Shown here: positions 58,172 to 64,000 of the stretch, in pieces | How the letters are laid out: every line of letters starts with the position of its first letter | How positions within the stretch are numbered: position 1 is the first letter of the stretch | Source: Podarcis erhardii | Lineage: Eukaryota | Assembly: GCA_964252035.1 (NCBI GenBank) | Contig: OZ176205.1 | DNA: 64,000 nucleotides | Direction: 5' to 3' (one strand) | The notes under the pieces: model-generated | What the model saw: only the letters and a program-made list of their open reading frames with translations | Told to the model about the DNA's origin: nothing | Databases searched by the model: none | Program-made: the position numbers and the translations under genes

Positions 58172-59877
58172 TATAAATCTGTGACCTAGCAGGAGCTGCT
58201 TTTGTGCGGGGGACGGCTGGAGGCTGCGTGGACTCCTGCTCGGAAAGGGGGTTCCTGTACAACTCAGCCGTGGGGACTCCCAGTCCGGCTCACCCAGCCC
58301 AAGTAGGGTGGCTGCTGTTCTGCTTCTGCATTCCTGCTCATGTCCTTGATTTTCTTGATTCCTCCCCGTTTCAAAGTCACGAAGTTCTTCTATGAATTCC
58401 AGCCCCGTCCTCCAAAGGGGCTGCAATCCTGTCTGAATTTACTTGGCTTGGCTTGCGGGCTCCGTAATGATCAGCCCTGGAACCAGGACACATCCCCAAG
58501 GAAATGCCTAGGCTGCTGCCTCGTGATCTAGCTAAGCTGTTAACTACCGTGGATCTAACAGTTGAGGCCTCCCTTGCCCCCCCCCCCGCCTTTGCCACTC
58601 TCCCACTCCGTGTGGGGTCTGAGCAGGTCAGGGCCTCCGTCTGCCCCGGTGCTCAGGGCGCTGTGGGAATGCTGGGAGAGATGGTGGAGCAGTTGTGGCT
58701 GTTGGCGTGGGGGGTCCTCTGGCTTGGCTTGGCTGCCTGGCTCAGCTGACAGCCGCCTGCTTGCTCTCTGTGGGGGCAGCTATACTGGAGGACGCTACCC
58801 AGAAAAATGGGGTGCTGGTACCTCATATGACTGTGTCAGCTGGTGGGGATGGTTGGGCATGTGGCATTCTTCCGCTGCTTCTGGGGTCTTCCGTTTCCCA
58901 GCCCCCCCCCCAGATATTCGAGAGAGACAGGAGACTTCTTGTGTCCTTGGGAGACCTGCCAGCCTCGGATGCTGCCTGCAGCTTGTGCCTCCTGGTGGCC
59001 CATTGCAGGAGGCGCACTTCGTGGGGGTGGGCTGCCTGCCTCTCTTGCCCGCCTGTCCTGCCCCCAGCAGTGGGCACCCGAAGCTCCCCTCTCTCTGGTA
59101 GAGCTGCTGCGGCTGTGAGAGCGAGAGGAGGGGGGTTCTTCTCAGGTGCCTTCCCCTTCAGAGGAGGCCGGCTGCTTGGCTGCTTTGTGTGCAAAGAGTT
59201 CTGACGTTCTGCTCATCAAACAGGCTAAAGAGGGACAAGGGAGGTGAGAGCAGCCAGAGGAGGAGGAGGAGGAGGCAGCAGCGGCAGCAGCCTCTGGAAC
59301 AAAGGGAGCCACTGCGAACCAGCGAGCAAGCAGAGGCAGCAACAACCTGCGGAGCGGAATTGCAAAGAGGCGGAAAGTGTGTGAGGCAGAGGCAGGCAGG
59401 ACCGTGCGGGGAGTGGGGGGCTGCTGTCTGGCGTGCATGTGTGCGCACGGTGCTCAGGCGGCAAGAATCGCCTCCGTGATGCTCTCCCTCTGCGATGCCT
59501 GGAGAGGGCGGGAAGGAAAGGCTGCACCTCTGGGGGTGGGGGGGCAGGCAGGCAGGCAGGCAGGCAGGGGAGGGGGCTGGAGGCTGAGCTGCCCACCTGT
59601 CTCAGCAGACCCCTCTCTCTTGAGGATGGGGCTGCCTGGAAGGGCTGTCCTTTCCTGCTGGCATTGCCCAGGGGCCGGGCTGGGGAGGGCAGTTTGCTGC
59701 TCCCTTGCCAATGCCAATCAGGTGGGCGGGTGGTGCCTGGGGTCACATATCTCTCTTCCACAGGCTGGCACCTGCCTGGCACCCATCTTCAGCCCACCTT
59801 CCTCCTCCTCTTCCTTGCAGCCTTTCTCCCGCCTTGCACACACTTCCTGCCTCTTTGCATCTCTGCCCCCCACCATG

Positions 59878-59907
59878 CTGCTGCTGCTGCTGCTGCTGCT
59901 CCTGCTC
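59878..59907 (+). repeat. (CTG)n trinucleotide repeat
   Basis: (CTG)7 followed by CTC CTG CTC, seen directly. Confidence 0.9.
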
Positions 59908-61619
59908 CAGCCCCCTCCCTCCCCTTCTCCCCCCACACCTACCTTTTTGTCCCCCAGCCTGCCTTGGGTGCTCTTGCATTTAGGATTTTCCAAAGTGCCC
60001 CTCAGGTGGCTGTGATGGAAATCACAAGAGATCAATTACCACCGCACAGGACTCAAGGGTTCTGCTTTGTGAAGGTCCACCTGCCAGCCCCAGAAGGAGA
60101 AGAACACTAGGGGGCAGTCCTGGGGCTCGGGCCGGGCAGAGCCTGTGCCAAGATGGCAGCTGCTGCCTGGTGGGCCCCCTTGTACTTCCCAGGCCTGTTC
60201 TGCTGCGAGGCTGTTATTGCTTTTATCTATGGACGGCTTTCAAATCCCACCTTTTCCTCCAAGGAGTTCAAGGGGGAGGGGAAGCATGGTTCTCCCCCTC
60301 CTCGTTTAATCCCTACAACAACCCTGTGAGGTAGGTTGATAGGCGGTGACTGGTCCCCAAGGTCACCCAGTGAGTTGCATGGCTGAGGAGGGTGGATTTG
60401 AACCCTGGTCTTCCAGGCCCTAGCTTGACTCTCTAACCACTACACCCCACTGGCTCTCGGTTGCTGCTGCCCCATTCCAGGTGTAGAGGGCTACCTGAGG
60501 TGCCGAGTGCCCAGGTGGTTGTGCCAGGGGTGCCTGGTGACTTGGCTGCCCCGCCCCAAGATGGAGTCCTCCTGGTGCTGGAGCAGAGCTTGGGTGGCCA
60601 CCTAGCAGGGATTCCTGAGCTGAGATCCCTGCATTGCAGAGGGGTGGACCGGATGACCATGTGGGCCCTTTCCAGCTCTGCCATTCCGTGCTTGCATGGT
60701 CTCCTCGGGAGCCAGGTGTGCACCAGGGAGTGAAGAAGATGCAGCAGCTGCACCAGCCCCACAGGATGGTGGCAGAGGGAAGTTGACTGGTGGCTACGCC
60801 AGGCAGACCAGGCCTTCCTCTGCCAGGGGTTGCCACCCAGTTTGCCTCAAAGCCCATTCTTTGGTGCAAGCTCCTCTGAGAATGGGCTGCCCTAGATTCC
60901 AGTGGGTCCTGGAGGGCATGGAGTCCAGGGTTTCTCCAGCTCTTCAGTAGCCAGGAGTTGGGCTAGTGGTTGGTGTCTTCTCCAGCCTCATCTCTGCTTG
61001 GCTTGAGATGCTTTGAATCTTTAGGAAGGGGGAATGGGGGGGGGTGTTTGTTGATGGGAGGCTGTTCCAAGTGAGGGCTGATGAGGTTCAAGAGGAAGGT
61101 AGGCTATGTGTCTGGGAGTCCTGTGGCTGGAAATGCCCCCCTCCCCGCTTCAGTCCTGGCATCCGCTGCCTGCTGGGCCTCTCTCCTTCCTGCTGGACCC
61201 CAGATCTGCCCCACTGGCTGCTTTCCTGGCAGGCCGCTTTGCCCAGCCCTTCTCTGCTATTCCGGGCTGGGGAGCACCTGCTGGCTTCTCCCAGGGGAGC
61301 TGGCTAATTACCGGAGAGAGGGCTGAGGGATCGATTCCGTCTCTGCCTGGGGCTGGCTGGGGAAAAATAAATTGGATCCGGTCAGGTAAAAGCAGCTGCC
61401 CTCAGCGGGGCTGGTTCTGCCTCCTCAGTCTGCACACTCTCTCCTCGTCTCTGGGTGAGGAGCAGCAGCACCCCTGGTCCTCCTGGTATGGGACGGGGGG
61501 GGGGGGGGAGGGAGGACCCCTGCTTCAAGGGGGGCTTTCTCCTCCTCTTCCTCCTCTTCTGCCTCGGAGGCCTGGCAAGGGTCCCCCGTCTCCTGCTCCG
61601 CAGACCCTTCTCCTCCTTC

Positions 61620-62040
61620 TGGCTGGCATTAGCATTCCGTTAGCGGACGGGGTCCGTGCAATTAAGGGGCGGGTGCAGCCGTTCCTCCTGCCTGGAGCCT
61701 CGGGGGACAGGCCGCACTGGGGGCCGGGAGGCGGGAGCGTTCTCTCCCGGGGACGGATGTCACAGCACAGTGGCCGCCGAAATGGAAAGCTATTAATAAT
61801 GATCCTGGAACTTCACTTCCATCAGCTGTTTATTTAAAGGTGCTCTGTATTCCCAGCTACCTGATTTATGTGGGCAATAAGAGGCGTGGGGCTGGGATCA
61901 CTTTTTTAAGGAAGGCTAATGGGGTGAAACCATCACACTGCGACAGCGGAGATCAAGCTGGGAAAATGAGACGGGAGAGGGGTGTAAGCATTTGCCGCCG
62001 TTATCGGGGATCCGCGCGGGCGATGGAGCTGTTGCAGTCG

Positions 62041-62076
<36 letters not shown>

Positions 62077-62220
62077 GGAGGGGCCCCCTCCGCTCTGCTG
62101 CTGGCAGCATTTACGAGGGCTTTTACGCCCCTTCTGCCTCTCCTCTCCCAGCTGGATTTATTGGCCGTGAAAGGATATAAAAATTTGATTCTACTAGACA
62201 GGACGCTAAAAGCCTGTTTC
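61620..62220. promoter_or_regulatory. Candidate intronic developmental enhancer (homeodomain/posterior-Hox motif cluster) containing a (GT)n repeat at 62043-62072
   Basis: Non-repetitive block with GCAATTAA, ATTAATAAT, TGATTTAT (61862), TTTACGAG (62110), TTTTACG (62121) and TTTATTGG (62157). Confidence 0.5.
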
Positions 62221-64000
62221 TTGCATCAGGAGTGCGCAGGGCGTCTGCAGCTGCTGGGAAGGAGGAAGGTGATGTGCTGGAGAGCGGGCGGTGGAGGGGA
62301 AAGGGGGCGGGCGCTGCCACAGACCCCCCCTGCCCTGGTTGTCATGGGCTCCTTCAGGCCGCAAGGATCCGCACCCCTTGGCCCGGATCTGGCTGTCTTC
62401 AGCCTACAGCCCAAACCGCATTCACAACCCTATGAGTCTGGTGGGCCAGTCTTGCCAGGGCAGTCTGCTCAGACTGGCAGCAGCTCCAGCCCCTCAGGCC
62501 TTTGCGCCTGTTTCCCTGCCTGGCCCACAAGATTCCCTTGGGAGGTGGTGGACTCTCCTTCCTTGGAGGTTGGAGGGCTATCTGCCAGGGATGCTTTGGT
62601 TGAGATTCCTGCATCACGGGGGGTTGGACTGGATGACCTTTGGGGGTCCCTTCCAACTCTACCATTCCACGATTTCTCTTTCAACCTGGAGTGGATGCCC
62701 AAGATTGAGCCTGCAGCCTCCGCTTCTGAAAAGCAAGGCCTCTGTCCCGGAGCTCCAGCCCCTCTTGCAGGGACCCTCCATCCTTTCTAGGGATTAGCAC
62801 CTGGGATCGTGCATAAATCGTGGGCAAGTGCCCAGAGGCTGAGGCTGCTGCCCAAGGCCAGCTGCTTATCCATCGAAGCCCCCAATGGCTGAGGACGAGG
62901 CCATGCAGGGGGCTGGATTGCCCCACCCGTCTCAGTGTTGTGGACCCTGGCTGGCAGCGCTTGGCCTCGGGGTTTCAGCCTTGAGGGTCTTCCCCTCCAT
63001 TCCTGGAGACGCCATCGGGGGTTGACCTTTCTACAAGGGCCCTTTTCCCTCAAGGGCCACCTCCACCCATCAGGGACCTGCCACCCTTTTACTGAAGGAG
63101 GTCGCTTTATTTTAAAGATTTATACCCCTCCTTTTGCCCCCTTCTAATAATGAAAGAAACACTTGAATTTAATTGGAAAGAGCCCCAGGGGGCTTTTCTT
63201 GAGCCCACCCTGCCTGCGCCTGGCCGTCCTGCCGAGTCCATCCACTGCGCAGGTGTGAGATGGTTTTTAGATTACTAACCAGGTTCAGCTCTGCCTTAAA
63301 AAATCATAACAATTATCTGCTCTTTCGATCTTTTTTGTTTTAATTGGAGTTGTTGGTGCTGTTCTTTGGTGTTTTTGTCCTGACTGACGTTGGCTGCTTT
63401 GGAGTTCTCTGTGTGGAAAGGAAAATCAAGGACACCTTTTGCTTGTAGGTATAAATACACACAGAATCCAGCACTCTGCAGGCCCGAGATTTTTCTATGC
63501 TCAGCCTTTGTCTCAGACCTGCAAGTGATGGGTGGGGTGGGGGGCTTTTCTTCCAGCTGGCCATGGGATCAAAGCCCTTTAGCAGGAAAGAAATCCCCCA
63601 AGCAGGGCAGGAAGGCTGGTGCTTTGCAGGGAGTTTGTCCTCAGAGACCTCTATTCCAAGGTAGACTGCCTTTGGCCATGGAGGTTCAATGTAGCTATGG
63701 CGACTACTCACCTTCATGCCCTGCTTGTGGGCTTTTCTCCCTGAGGCATTTGGTCGGCTCTTGCAGGAGGCAAGGCTAGATGGACCCCCCCTTGGTCTTC
63801 GTGTGGTGGTTAGAGAGATGGACCAGGGTTCAAATTCCCACTCAGCCATGAGTGACTTAGCCTAACCTACTTCACAGGGCTGTGGTGAGGATGTAATGTG
63901 GAGGAGCACAGCCATACATGCCACTCTGAGGTCCTTGGAGGAGGGAAGGTGGGATATAAAAGTGGAAGTAAACAAACTGCCTTATTTTTCTTCCTATATA

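Noticed and set aside
50500-64000. CDH22 coding exons
   Set aside because: No GWVWNQFF or other cadherin motif (DRE, DXNDN, PXF) in any supplied ORF, so the gene symbol was not assigned to a feature.
1-64000. CRISPR arrays, prokaryotic or viral defence systems, intact transposase, rRNA or snRNA genes
   Set aside because: The sequence is intron-containing vertebrate DNA. I saw no regularly spaced repeat-spacer arrays, intact transposase ORFs or structural RNA matches.

Overview
Vertebrate (eukaryotic) genomic DNA, GC-rich with many G/C homopolymers. The repeats (CR1 and L2 LINE ends, tRNA-derived Squam-type SINEs, hAT and Tc1/mariner MITEs) point to a squamate reptile, probably a lacertid lizard (inference). 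Two spliced protein-coding genes on the + strand can be reconstructed exon by exon with canonical GT-AG sites and consistent phases. ELMO2 contributes its C-terminal 545 aa (142-8102, 5' end lies outside the window) plus an in-frame 36-nt cassette exon. SLC35C2 is complete (10023-13609, 9 coding exons, 352 aa). About 35 kb of TE-rich intergenic DNA follows, containing an orphan CpG island, several AT-rich motif-dense blocks that look like conserved enhancers, two solo LTRs, an L1 fragment with TSD, nested MITEs, a degenerate CR1 and a 200-N gap. A large CpG island at ~48.4-50.5 kb has a strong splice donor. By mammalian synteny (ELMO2-SLC35C2-CDH22, same strand) it is probably the promoter and first exon of CDH22, making the rest of the window its first intron; no cadherin coding sequence is visible. 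Most ORFs in the supplied track are GC-content artefacts. I found no convincing new biological system; the most interesting items are regulatory, splicing and TE observations. Boundaries of degenerate repeats are approximate, and motif scans were done by eye and are not exhaustive.
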